Below, piece after piece: positions 26,315-38,411 of a stretch of 64,000 nt of DNA. Where the stretch lies: assembly GCA_030390025.1 (NCBI GenBank), contig CM059432.1, positions 76,014,001-76,078,000 of the forward strand. Reading direction: 5' to 3'. The number at the start of each line of letters is the position of its first letter. Position 1 is the first letter of the stretch. Position numbers and translations under genes: made by a program. Source of the stretch: Squalus acanthias. Its lineage: Eukaryota. The notes beneath the pieces are model-generated. The model saw nothing but the letters and a program-made list of their open reading frames with translations. It was not told the DNA's origin and ran no database searches.

Positions 26315-26612
26315 ATTCACAAGGGTAGCCACTTGAGTGTTTTAGTCAATGTTAATGGCAAGTTTCCGTTCATGTATTGTCAATCATTAAAATCTTTATT
26401 TTCACCACTTTCTGGTCTTGGATACATTTATGTGCATCTTTGGAAGTGGCTTAGTGAGTTGCAGTGACTGGTGAGACATAACAGAACCTCCAGCAATGGT
26501 GGTCAGTGTGAAAGGAATGGCTTGGTCATTGTAGGGATCCTTTATGGTGTTGCTGTGGGCTGGTGCCAACCTGGCGCAGCATGTGGCAGTCATATGGGTG
26601 TAATGCGTAAAG

Positions 26613-27844
26613 TTAAGTAAATCTGGCCATGATGAGGCCATCCCTGGCCTCCCGGGCAGCAATGTGCTCGGGTGCTGATGGGATCTGGCCCGCAGGTTCC
26701 TCCAGCTCTTGCTTCTCCTTGTCTTCCAGCTGATGCTCCTCCTCCTGTTCCTCCTCCTCTGAAGAGACTGTGCGTTCTGTGCCTTGCTCCTCATGCAGCA
26801 CTAATCCTCGCTGCTGCGCTATGTTGTCCAGGGCGCAGCAGAGCACAATGATTCTGAGACCCTGGCTGGTACATACTGAAGGGCTCCTCCAGATGTGTCA
26901 AGGCATCTGAAGCGCATTTTGAGCATGCCTATTGTCTGCTCTATGACACATCTAGTGGAAAGGTGGCTTTCATTGTATCTCTCCTGGGCCTCAGTACTTA
27001 GCCTCCTCAAGGGTGTCATGAGCCACGTCTTCAGTGGATAGCCCTTGTCTCCAAGCAGCTAGCCAGAAGTCTGTTTGGAGGAGCAAAGAGCTGAGGGAGG
27101 TTGGACTGGTGAAGGACGAAAGAGTCATGGCAGCTACCAGGGAAATTGGCACACACATGCTTGATGATCTTCCTATGGTTGCAGACCAGCTGCACAGTGA
27201 GGGAATGGAAGCCCTTGCGGCTGACAAACACTCCTGGGTGATGATGGGGTGCCCTGATGACCACATGTGTGCAGTCGATGCGGCCTGCACTCGTAGGAAG
27301 CCAGCCAGAGTGGCAAAGCTGATCGCCCGCTCAGTAACACTGGCTTCATCAGTGGCAAAGTTGATATAATTGTCTGACTTGTCAAAGACAGCATCGGTGA
27401 CCTGTGTGATGCATCTGTGGGCGGCCGACAGCGAGATGCTGCAAATGTCCGCTGCAGATCCCTGGAAGGAGCCTGAGGTGAAGAAGTTGAGGGTGCTGGT
27501 AACTTTGACAGTCACTGGTGAGGCGTGTCCACCCACTCCTCTGGGCTGCAGGTCTTGCTCGAGCAATGTGCAAATGTCTACGTCTACCTGGCGCGATAGC
27601 CTGAGCCTCCTTTGGCACTGCTGCTCAGTCATGTTGAGGTAACCATCCTCTGCCTGTATACCCTGTGTTGGGGGTATTGCCTTCAGCGCGGTGCAGCCCT
27701 GCGCTGATGCCCTCTGTCCTGTGCAGCATCAAGTGGTTGAGGAGAAGGTTGGTGGTGCTGATGGTGTGCCTGGTGCTGCTGGTGTTGGGGCTCATCGTGG
27801 TCCGATTCTGAGGACCAAGGTGACACAGTATAAACGGCACCCAT
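26613..27844 (-). pseudogene. H2 Harbinger DDE transposase, frameshifted
   Basis: [41 protein letters not shown], acidic tail. Confidence 0.9.
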
Positions 27845-29258
27845 GCTGATGAAATAGATGGATGGTCAAGTAGAGATCAGAGCAGCAAGCTGTCAGTTGA
27901 GTGATAGGTTCTACCAATGAGGTGAGACTGGATGGCGACTTTGCTGGAAGCACTTGCAGCCTGTAGAAAGCTAAATGTGTGTTGGGAATTCAGCCAACAA
28001 CAGCTTCTGCCTGAGGAAAGTGACCAGCTGTGAGGTGGGAGGTTTTATAGTACATTTGATGCTGTCAACTAATCAGCTGGAGCAATGGCCACTCTACTCC
28101 CGCCTCAGGCTGACAGGCGTGGTTCCCGAGCTGTGTGAATCCTGTGGGCAGCCAGGGAAATTCGAAAGGTAGGCTGAAAAAGGCTCTTAAGGGTCTGACA
28201 ACTACCTGTTAATGATTTGAATTAGGTCGCCTGCCTCTGCCGGTCAGGTCGCTGCCGGACCGGCAAACACGCCCAAGGGAACGGCGTGTGGAGGCGGGAT
28301 GATGGCGGGTACCCGACCCGCTGCAGCTTTTTTCAAATTTCCCACGCGACCCGCACGGACCCCAGAAAATTATGGCCATTTTCTTTAAATGATCATATAT
28401 ACTATTAAAATTGTACGTCCTGTCAGCTTTCCATTCAAAAGTTCCATCTCAACAATGCCTATGAGTTTTTCAATGTTAATTGTATGCACATCAGGTGACG
28501 TCTTTAATGTGGTAGCTGTGAGATCTAGCTCACAGCTTCCACATTAAGATCTAGCTCTACTTTAAGATCTATCTCTACTTTAAGATCTAGCTCTGCCTGC
28601 ACTTTCACACTGGCCCTGGCCACTCAGGGAGCATCATCCAGGAGCAAATTTCAGAAATGGTTCTGCCAGCTGGATGCCATATTTTTTTAAGTGGTTTTTG
28701 TTCTCAGGTAAGTTGGTTTTTATCTTAATTTTCAACTTTAAAAACATGCTGCTTTCATTTTATGTTTAAAGTATGTTTTGTAACTTTCTTACACTATGTC
28801 CCCTCCCGTCCTTTCCTTTTTTTAGATGAGTAACAGGACTCCCAGTTGGGGCCCTGCTCTGCCTGTTCTAATTCTTGCTCCTGACGGTCTTACTGTCCTC
28901 CCATCCTCAAAACAACCCTCTCCATTCATTTCATCAACTGCCAGGCCTTGGTGTTTAACGCCCATCGATCTCAGGCCAGTTCTCCGGCTCTGATGTGCCG
29001 CCATCTGCCCTCATTCACCTCCAGCCGGTTCTCTTCCACTGCTTTTCCCACCACTTTCTGTCGCCTGCTCAATGCCCCTGTTTTTAGTCTCAATGGGCAC
29101 CTTTCAGCCATCTGGGCCATCATTTCTCTCCCGCCTCTTGTCATGCATTTCTGCCTCCCACCTTGGCCAGCCGACTTTGGGCCTCTGGCATCGTTGCGAC
29201 TCCCCTTAGGCTTCCAGCTCCCATCACTGCTCCCTGCTGTTGTGCCTGGTAATTCTTA

Positions 29259-30006
29259 GGGGGAGAAATTCACTATCGCCCGTTTGGGGGCACTAGTTTT
29301 AAAAAAGTTTGAAAAGTTAGCGCCAGGCGCAAACGATTTCAAACTTTTGAAAAATTTGTCATTTGCGCTCCAAGAAGGAAGTGGAGCACTAAACCAAGCA
29401 CTCCACTTCCTTCTTGGAGCACAATTGGCAGCAGGCGGGGCGGAGACTTCAGCAGCGCTGCACACTGGGCCGTGCAGCGCTGCCGCGTTCAAAGGCTCTT
29501 TCCCTCCCTTAAAGGGAAGGGCCATCGCTGCAGGCTCTGCAATATAAAGAGTACCTACCTGGACCACGAAGGCAGCCGCGATCCCGCGTGATCAAGCAGA
29601 GTGCTGGGCTGATCGATCGCGGGCAGGTACCCACGAAAAAACTGGAACAAGAAAGGTAATTTTTTTTTACTTACCTCGGCCACCTCGCCTTTAATCATCA
29701 CCCCCGAAGTGGTCAGCCGCCCGATGCACGCCTCCTGCAGCTGTCGGTGTTTTCGACCAGCGCTGCTGTAGGGGGCGGAAGTCAATTTCGGGTCTGGGGC
29801 GCTACCGGGACGATGCGCACGACGATGACGTCACGATCTCCAGGTGAATGAGATCAAGGCACAACGCCGTAGCGCTGCCGCAAAACTGCCGCCGAATATG
29901 GCGGGAGTTGATGTCAGCGCCGCACCCGCTCGCAAAGCCATTTGCGCCCCGTTAGCGCCACCCGGGGATGCTAATGGGAGGCGTAAAGGCACCCAATTTC
30001 ACCCCC
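29259..30006. mobile_element. GC-rich Harbinger-type MITE related to H3 termini (748 bp)
   Basis: TIRs GGGGGAGAAATT / AATTTCACCCCC; flanks TTA/ATA; AGCGCC/GGCGCT repeats. Confidence 0.82.
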
Positions 30007-30365
30007 ATAGAATCACAGAATGATACAGCACAGATGGAGGCCATTTGGCCCATCGTGCCTGTGCTGGCTCTTTGAAAGAGCTACCCAATTAGTCCCACTC
30101 CCCTGCTCTTTCCCAATAGCCCAGCAAAATTTTCCTTTTCCAGTATTTATCCAATTCCCTTTAGAAAGTTAATATTGAATCTGCTACCACCATTTCAGGC
30201 AGGGCATTCCAGATAATAACAACACGCTGCATAAAAAAAAAAATTCCGCATTTCTGGTTCTTTTGCTAATTACCTTCTGCCACTGGAAACAGTTTCTCCT
30301 TATTTACTCTTTCAACACCCTCCAAGATTTTGAACGCCTCTAACAAATCTTCCTTGCTCTAAGGA
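30007..30365 (-). mobile_element. CR1 3' tail fragment
   Basis: ATAGAATCACAGAA...GGCCATTTGGCCC tail, as in other CR1 ends here. Confidence 0.65.
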
Positions 30366-31449
30366 TTCTTAATAGCATCTTTAGGGTCGGCCCTCCAACA
30401 CCATTGCTGCTCCCCACAAGGTCACCCAATACTCCCTTCTTTTCCAGTCGGGCTTAGAAAATGGATTCAAACAGAAGACTCATAATGTTAGAGTGGTCAG
30501 ACCAAGACTGGCACACTCCATCCCAATTGAACATACCCGCTGACATACTTTATCATTCCATAAGTGTACACATTTGACAGATAGGCTGATCGATCTCTTT
30601 ACTCGCCATATTACATTTAAATTCTTTTCAGGTTTTCCAAGTGGATCATGCACTTTAATTAAAACATCTTCCATAGTTTTATGCCGAGGGACTCCTCGAT
30701 ACAAGTTATCAAAGCTTCTCATTTCAATTTTTCTTTAATTAAAGTTTATACTTTTAATGAAGGCTTTTATTTTTTATACATTCTATATATTAAGTATGAT
30801 ACGTTTAATATATTGTACATTATTTTATATTTCATATGTTATGGTTTTATTATATTGTGGATATTATAGTTAATATATTCTTTTAATGTATATTATATCA
30901 TCTATCTTATGTTTAATATATTGTATTTTCTTATTATTACTACAGTTTCAGAGAATTTACTTTGTTTTCATCCTCCATTGAGAATGCCACAGGAGATCAT
31001 ATTGTTGGTTTGAATTCTCAGTATAAACAGAAGAAAACACAGGTCTTGTAATCAGCTCTCTCTCTCTCAGATGTAAAAATTAAGCACTTGATGATAGATT
31101 AAATATGAAACTTTACCAAAGAAGCTTTTAATATTCTCCAGCTTTTTGAAATTAATTGGAAATGATGTTATAACATGAGGAATTCTGCAAGCTGCTGCAT
31201 GGAATGGGGGTATCAGGTTACTGCAGTACTAGGGACATCCCTGGGTGTGGTTGGATTGAGAAAGGGGTCCAGGAGTGTAGACATACTGTAAGGGGGTGCA
31301 GCATGTGGCAGAGGTGGAACAGTTGACTTGGGTATGGCAACACTGGGTAAGCAGTGGTGGAGAGTGAGATTATTGCCGATAAGGGTTGCAAATTTACACT
31401 TTTTAAAGCAGATTAGTAATTCTAAGTGAATTAAAGATGAAAAACTTAC

Positions 31450-31643
31450 TACAACCACTGCAGCAATTTTTTTGGCAATTGTTGGATTGATCTGCAAAGC
31501 GTGAGCAAATCGCCAGCCACAAAGATCAAAGATAACCTTCACACCATTTTGCTGGGTTTTCACCTCCTTCACAATTAGTTCTGATGTAATGAGACTGACA
31601 CGGAACACTTCATAGGCTGAAAAAAGCTTGGGGTCCCAATGTC
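31450..31643 (-). CDS. TTPA: TTPA coding exon 3 (194 nt)
   Basis: Acceptor tttccag; [25 protein letters not shown]...[15 protein letters not shown]; donor GTA|GTAAGT; phase 1 entry matches exon 2. Confidence 0.95.
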
Positions 31644-32102
31644 CTGGAAAAAGAAACACTCAAGTCAGTGATAAAATAGCAGTCAATTACCCTTATTCCA
31701 GCCTCCCTTAGGATAGTTAAATTCACCCAATATTATTGCCCTGATGTTCTTACATAACTCTCTGAACTGTTTGCAGATTTCTCCATCTATTTTATCACCA
31801 CTGTTAGGTAATCTGTAACATACACCGAGAATTACAGCATTTCCCCTCCCATTTCTTAACTCTATCCATACGCATTCTGTTTTGACGTAACCCCAGGACA
31901 TCCTTACATTCCAGCACTGTGATAGAATTCTTCATAAACACTGCTCCCTCAACCTCTTTTTTTCCCTCAGTCTCTCCAGAAGATGTTGTAACTAGGAATA
32001 TTAAGTTCCCAGTTCTGTCCAAATCTAAGCCATGTCTTTGTTATAGTTCAAATGTAAAAAGTCGCACAACACTAGGTTATAGTCCAACAGCTTTATTTGA
32101 AA

Positions 32103-32139
32103 TCACAAGCTTTCGGAGCGTTGCTCCTTCGTCAGGTGA
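32103..32139 (-). ncRNA. Minimal type I hammerhead ribozyme motif (sense in TTPA pre-mRNA)
   Basis: TCAC-CTGACGA-A-GGAGC-AAC-GCTCC-GAA-AGCT-T-GTGA. Confidence 0.72.
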
Positions 32140-32152
32140 AGTCAGGTTGACT

Positions 32153-32189
32153 TCACCTGACGAAGGAGCAGCGCTCCGAAAGCTTGTGA
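32153..32189 (+). ncRNA. Minimal type I hammerhead ribozyme motif
   Basis: TCAC-CTGACGA-A-GGAGC-AGC-GCTCC-GAA-AGCT-T-GTGA: stem I TCAC/GTGA, stem II GGAGC/GCTCC, palindromic helix III AGCT. Confidence 0.75.
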
Positions 32190-33019
32190 TTCCAACTAAA
32201 GCTGTTGGAGTATAACCTGGTGTTGTGCGACTTCTCACATTTGTCCACCCCAGTCCAACACCGGCATCTCCACATCTTTGTTATAGTTCCTGTATCATAT
32301 CTATCCATAGTTATTAATTCTTCTAACACTCCGATTTTGTTTTGAATGCTTTGTGCATTCACACACATGCTACTAGGTCCAGAGTCCAATTTTTTGGAAC
32401 AGGGCCTTATTCCTTTTCGTGATGGTCTCATTTAATTTTTTGATATCCCTTGCCCCTTTTACACAGTGTTTTTAATCTCTCACTAGCGTTTTCTTTCCAT
32501 TTCTCCTCTGATAATATGTTATCACTATTTACTTCAGCTAAGCCTTCTGTTTAATTAATAATGTTCTCCCTTTCTAGTCGGAAATGCAGACTATCCCCAC
32601 CCCTTGCCATATTAGTTTAAATCCTATCCCACTGCTCTATTTACTCTTACTGCAAGGACATTGGTATTGTTTTGGTTGAAGTGAAGGCCCTTGTTTCGGT
32701 ATTAGCTTTCCCCTGTTCTACAACTTGTTCCAATACGCCAATAATGTGAACCCTTCTGTTCTGCACCAGACCAACAGCCACACATTGACCTTCCTAATCT
32801 TCCTCTCATTAACCTGCCTAGTGCATAGTACAGGAAGCAAACCAGATATTACCACCCCTAGGGTCCTGCTTTTCAATCTAGTACCTAATTTCATAAACCC
32901 CCTCTGCTGCCCCTGCAGATGGCAACTTACTTAGTTCATTCCACACTATCCTGAACTGTCTAGCACTCACTCTTAAGTGACAGCATTCCAGAGAGTGCAA
33001 TCTGATGCTGCACTAGCCC

Positions 33020-34765
33020 CTAGTCTCTAGCCCACTGGCCCAAACTTCCTCTAAGGTTCCCCCCTGCCCTAGCCCTGAACTCACATCTTTCTCCAGTTTC
33101 TCTACGATGTCCCCTCATGACCTCTCCGCGCTCATCTTGCCCATGAGACCCACCTCCTGCTTCCTCAACCCTATTCCCACCAAACTGCTGACCACCCAAC
33201 TTCCTTTTCTGGCTCCCATGTTAGCTGACATTGTTAACGGTTCTCTCTCCTCAGGTACTGTCCCCCTCTCCCTCAAATCTGCCGTCATCACTCCTCTCCT
33301 CAAAAAACCAACCCTTGACCCCTCCGTCCTTGCAAACTACCGCCCCATCTCCGACCTCCCTTTCCTCTCAAAAGTCCTTGAACGTGTTGTCACCTCCCAA
33401 ATCCGTGCCCATCTTTCCCGCAATTCCATGTCTGAATCCCTCCAATCAGGTTTCTGCCCTTGCCACAGTACCGAAACGGCTCTCATCAAAGTCACAAATG
33501 ACATCCTTTGTGACTGTGACAAAGGTAAACTATCTCTCCTCGTCCTTCTTGACTTGTCTGCAGCCTTTGACATGGTTGACCACTCCATCCTTCTCCAACG
33601 CCTCTCCACCATCGTCCAGCTGGGTGGGACTGCACTCGCCTGGTAATCGTAGCCAGAGAATCACCTGCAACGGCTTCTCTTCCCGCTCCTGCATCGTTAC
33701 CTCTGGTGTCCCCCAAGGATCTATCCTTGGCCCCCTCCTATTTCTCATCTACATGTTGCCCCTTGGGGACATCATCCGAAAGCACAGGGTCAGTTTCCAC
33801 ATGTACGCTGACGACACCCAGCTCTACCTCACTACCTTTTCCCTCGACCCCTCCACAGTCTCTAAATTGTCAAACTGTTTGTCCGACATACAGTTCTGGA
33901 TGAGCAAAAATTTTCTCAAATTAAATATTGGGAAGACCGAAGCCATTGTTTTCGGTCCCCGCCACAAACTCTGTTCCCTAGCCACTGACTCCATCCCTCT
34001 CCCTAACATCTGTCTGAGGCTGAACCACACTGTTCGCAACCTTGGTGTCATATTTGACCCTGAAATGAGCTTCCGACCACATACCTGCAGCATAACAAAG
34101 ACCGCCCATTTCCACCTCCGTAACATTGCCCGTCTCCGCCCTTGCCTCTGCTCATCCGCTGCTGAAACCCTCATCCATGCCTTTATTACTTCTAGACTTG
34201 ACTATTCCAATGCACTCCTGGCTGGCCTCCCACATTCTACCCTATGTAAACTTGAGATCATCCAAAACTCGGCTGCCCGTATCCTAACTCGCACCAAGTC
34301 CCGTTCTTCCATCATCCCTGTGCTCGCTGACCTACATTGGCTCCCGGTTAAGCAGTGCCTCGATTTCAAGATTCTCATCCTTGTTTTCAAATCCCTCCAT
34401 GGCCTCGCCCCTCCCTATCTCTGTAATCTCCTTCAGCCCCACAACCTCCCGAGATATCTGCGCTCCTCTAATTCTGCCCTCTTGAGCATCCCTGATTATA
34501 ATCGCTCAATCATTGGTGGCCATGCCTTCTGTTACCTAGACCCTAAGCTCTGGAATTCCCTGCCTAAACCTCTCCGCCTCGCTACCTCTCTTCCTCCTTT
34601 AAGGCTCCTTAAAACCTACCTCTTTGACCAAGCTTTTGGTCACCTGCCCTAATTTCTCCTTATGTGGGTCAGTGTCAAATTTTTTTTGTCTTATAATACT
34701 CCTGTGCAGCGCCTTAGGATGTTTTACTATGTTAAAGGCGCTATATAAATACAAGTTGTTGTTGT
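33020..34765 (+). mobile_element. L2 LINE 3' portion (RT domain)
   Basis: LLDLSAAFD, GVPQGSILGPLLF, YADDTQLY, SRLDYSNALL, LHWLPV; tail GGCGCTATATAAATACAAGTTG. Confidence 0.92.
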
Positions 34766-35394
34766 AGCATGTGACCTATTGCTCCCTGAACACAGAGATC
34801 CCCTGCTCCAGAGACTCAAATTCTTGACAAAATGCAAATGTGCCATCCGTGGCTGCAATGAGGATCCATGATAGCCTATGTATTGCACTCCATTTCTATT
34901 ATGTGGGTTCCGTGCTCTGTCATCCTTATGTCTAACTTAAAAATGTAAATATGTAAGTCTGAACTTCCACTAGCACCAAACTCTCACAAGAATCAAACTT
35001 CACTTACTTCACAAATATTACACAAATATTAGTTACTGGGGAACAAAATCCTGTCTAGCTGTAACTTGATGTGCACCTTCCTCTGAAGCTAATCTCCAAA
35101 ATCTCCTCGCCTTTCACAGTCCCCTGGCCTCTCACAACTGTCGGTATTTGCAAAGTGTGATTTCTAGAGTTTGTTGTTATTTTTCTTTGAAAACTATCAC
35201 ATGCCGTCTTAGAGGGACTTTCAAGGAGAAAGTAACTTCCTTCCTTATTTTAATTCAATCATCTTCTAATATAATTTCTTTGGTACATTAGTCAATGTGT
35301 TGTAATCATACAAAACTTGTCAATCTTAAGTGAATGATGCAGAGTGGCTGCAGTAACCAGCAGTAATATATTGTAATACATTGCTCCAAATACA

Positions 35395-35470
35395 GGTATG
35401 GTAGCATAGTGGTTATGTCACCGGACTAGTAAATCCAGAGGCCTGTGAATTCAAATCCCACCCTGGCACC
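35395..35470 (+). mobile_element. tRNA-derived retroposon head fragment
   Basis: A-box GGTAGCATAGTGG and B-box-like GAATTCAAATCC; matches 57360-57466 on the other strand. Confidence 0.6.
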
Positions 35471-35477
35471 TAGAAAG

Positions 35478-35853
35478 AAAAGAAAGACTTGCATTTATAT
35501 AGCGCCTTTCACGACCACCAGACATCTCAAAGCACTTTACAGCCAATGAAGTACTTTTGAAGTGGAGTCACTGCTGTAATGTGGGAAACACGGCAGCCAA
35601 TTTGCACACAGCAAGCTCCCACAAACAGCAATGTGATAATGACCAGATAATGTTTTTTTATTATGTTGGTTGAGGGATAAATATTGGGCAGGACACCAGG
35701 GATAACTCCCCTGCTCTTTTTTGAAATAGGGCCATGGGATCTTTTACATCCACCTAAGAGACCAGACGGGGCCTTGGTTTAATGTCTCATCCAAAAGACA
35801 GTACTTCCGACAGTGCAGCACTCCCTCAGCACTGCACTGGAGCGTCAGCCTAG
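35478..35853 (-). mobile_element. DeuSINE (SacSINE1/AmnSINE1-like) with L2-type tail
   Basis: Deu-domain-like core GTAAAAGATCCCATGGC...GTGTCCTG; near copy at 45046-45441. Confidence 0.75.
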
Positions 35854-36439
35854 CTGCTGGTGTTGGGGCTCATTGTGGTCCGATTCTGAGGACCAAGGTG
35901 AGGCAGTATAAACAGAACCCATGTTGATGGAATAGATGGCAGGTGGAGTACAGATGACAGAAGCATTCTGTCAATGGTGAGAGAGTTCTTCCAATGAGGT
36001 GACACTGGATGGAGACTTTGCTGGAAACACTTGCAGCCTGTAGAATCTATGCTGGAAATGGACTGAGCAACAGCTTCTGCCTGAGGAAAGTGATCATCTG
36101 TCAGGTGGGAGCTTTCATTGAACATTTCATGCTGTCAAGTAATCAGCTGGAGCAATGGCCACGGAACTCCCGCCTCAGGTTGACAGACGTGGTTCCCGAG
36201 CTGCGTGGCCATGCAGGGAAATTTAGAAAGTAAGTGAAAAAAGGCTCTTAAATGCCTGTAAACTACCTGATAATCATCTCACTTGGGTCCCCCGTCGCTG
36301 TGGGTCGGGTCAGCTCTGCTGGGGGAAAGGTGCGTGGGAACGAGATGACAGCGGGTTCCTGACCCGCTGTCAAAAATAACAACTTTCCCACCCGACCCAC
36401 CACCGATCGCGCCCGCTACCACTCCGGAAAATTCCGGCC
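35854..36439. mobile_element. Right-end fragment of the H2 Harbinger family
   Basis: Aligns with 27775-28377; ends in GAAAATTCCGGCC. Confidence 0.85.
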
Positions 36440-36817
36440 ATACTTTCCAACAGGGGTCACTGAAAAGCGATCAAGAGCAGAAAGTGCCTCCCTTTCCAGG
36501 GTTGAGATCAACTAATTCAGCACAAACTTGGCATCGAACGGGAGCTTCTCTATCTGTACACAGCGTGTGGTACCTTTACCCACTAAACCAGAGCGTCTGC
36601 TCACACTTCAGTATGGAATGCTCTTTCTGCATTCTGTAGCACTTAAGAACTACATTTAGATGTGTGCAACAAATATCCCAGGTGTATATGAAGGTATACA
36701 TTATAACTAATCATTATGCTCCCATTTTTCAGGGCTTCGTGGTTTGACATGGATTATAGCATGAAGCAGAATCAGCTGATAATAGATTTTGCAGCTTCCA
36801 AGGATATGCATTACATT

Positions 36818-38148
36818 GGCCCGGATTTTCCGTGGTCTATAACCGCGTACGTCAAGAATCTGCCTGACAGATCATCCGCATCCCCGGGAAATGGACATCC
36901 GCTGGCGGAGAGTTGGGCTATTTGCCCAACTACTGCCCAGCAAATGCCCATGAAACTCTTACGCCTGGTAAAAGCAGGCGTAAGGCCTTCTTTTACCAGT
37001 GTAAGGATTTAAATAAATATTAAAATATAATTTTTATAATCATTTAAACATTCAAAAACCTGTAAAATAAGTTTAGGTTATTTTTGGCCCCTTGAAAAAT
37101 GTTAACATTTATTTTTCAAAAAATTAGGGGGAAAAATTTGGTTGCTTTGTGCCTCCTGTTAGTGCCCAAACAGGCAAAGCAACTAGCGGTGGCGGTAACC
37201 GTCAGCGCCCCATGGCGCTGATGTCATCGCCGTGCGCAGTGTCCCGCTCGCGCCCCGGCCGTGATCTTCGGTATCGCCCCCTGACTTACCACCGGACAAT
37301 ATGTCCGACGGGGTCAGGGGGGCCTACCTGCGGCCAGGGCAGCGCTAACTAAAGGTGAGGTGCCGGGCGGCCATTTTTGTTGCTGGTCGCCAGCCAGCAC
37401 CTGCCCCCGTTGCCGTCCCCGGCCTCCTCGGCAGCCCCCCTGTGGAGTACCGGCTGCACTACGTTAGCCCAGCACTCCTCTCGAGTGCCGGGCTCTTTTG
37501 CCCGCACTCCGATCCCTGGTGGCCCAGCTGAGCCCCGAGTCGCGCTGCGCTAGGCCCCTCCCCTTTAAGAAGGGGAGGAAGGCCTGCAGTACCGCGGCGC
37601 GATGTGCCGCAGCGCCTGCCGTGATATTTACTTGCAGCACCCCAAGAGAGAGGCGGGGTGCTTCCAGTAGCGCCCCGCTTCCCTCTTGGGCCGCTACCGA
37701 TGAATTTCGGCAGCGGGGGCGCTAATTTTTACGGGGTGTTAAAAGTAGCGCCCCGGCAAAGTTAGCGCCCCAAAGGGGGCGCGTCTCAATTTTTCCCCCT
37801 TAAAAGTTTTGTTTTAAATGTTTAATTAAATTGTATTTTAGTTAATTTTAAACATGTAATTTTTTTTATTTCAGTGTTGTGTTTAAGTGTTTTTTGGGTG
37901 ATTTCTATTATGCTCATGGGGATTCCGTACGTAAATGGAATCGCCATGAGCATAATGGGAATCCCTTTCTGATTGATTGGGGTGGTCCACGTGATCCCAG
38001 GGGCACTTGCGAACCGCCTGCGCTCCTGGGATAGGTGGGCCTACGCATAGAGGCCCAGGAGCGCGAGTCTCTGTGGATCCAGAACCATCAGGTAGATTCA
38101 TAGTTTTATTGCCGCCTGCGGAAAGCCTCCGACCACAAGTTCAAGCCC
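36818..38148. mobile_element. Harbinger-type MITE with AT-rich core, carrying a nested MITE
   Basis: Imperfect TIRs, ATT duplication; related to 63260-63971. Confidence 0.7.
37127..37799. mobile_element. Nested GC-rich MITE related to 29259-30006 and H3 ends (inverted, 673 bp)
   Basis: Perfect 12-bp TIR GGGGGAAAAATT; TTA duplication. Confidence 0.88.
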
Positions 38149-38411
38149 ATTATTTGAAGCTTTCTTACAGTGGATTACTGTTTTCCTTTTTTCATCTATT
38201 TAAGTTAATATTTATAGAAAGGGCTCATTTACAAGTGATAGTCACATCAAGTACATATTTGTCTCATAAAAAATTCCATTGGCATCAGATATTAAATTTG
38301 TAACATTTCCAAACATCTTAGAGCTATATTACTAACTTGACTTGGAGCTGGCATAGGAGAAGGGTTATGTGTGAGAATGCTTATCCTACCATTCTGCAAC
38401 ACTGTCTCCAT

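Larger units (their letters stand above)
24166..28377. mobile_element. Full-length but mutated PIF/Harbinger transposon H2 (4212 bp)
   Basis: TIRs GGCCGGAATTTTCTG / CAGAAAATTATGGCC; ATT target duplication; convergent Myb and transposase genes. Confidence 0.9.
32050..32274. mobile_element. Penelope pseudo-LTR-only insertion with inverted arms
   Basis: Arms ~32050-32144 and 32148-32242 are reverse complements; 15-bp duplication TCTTTGTTATAGTTC at 32035-32049 and 32275-32289. Confidence 0.88.
31690..32930 (-). mobile_element. Old CR1 fragment (end of ORF1 and endonuclease)
   Basis: ECVWIEL..GVCYRLPN..ILGEFNYP; NAQSIQNKIG. Confidence 0.7.

Noticed and set aside
28520..28595. Repeated AGATCTAGCT units
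   Set aside because: Short local slippage repeat with no further structure
30720..30940. Very AT-rich tract with a small hydrophobic ORF
   Set aside because: Low-complexity intronic sequence
33231..34652. 473-aa ORF as an intact protein
   Set aside because: A frameshift near 33645 joins an out-of-frame Ser/Pro-rich stretch to the L2 RT C-terminus
35395..35470. tRNA gene
   Set aside because: Only A/B boxes with no full cloverleaf; it is a retroposon head
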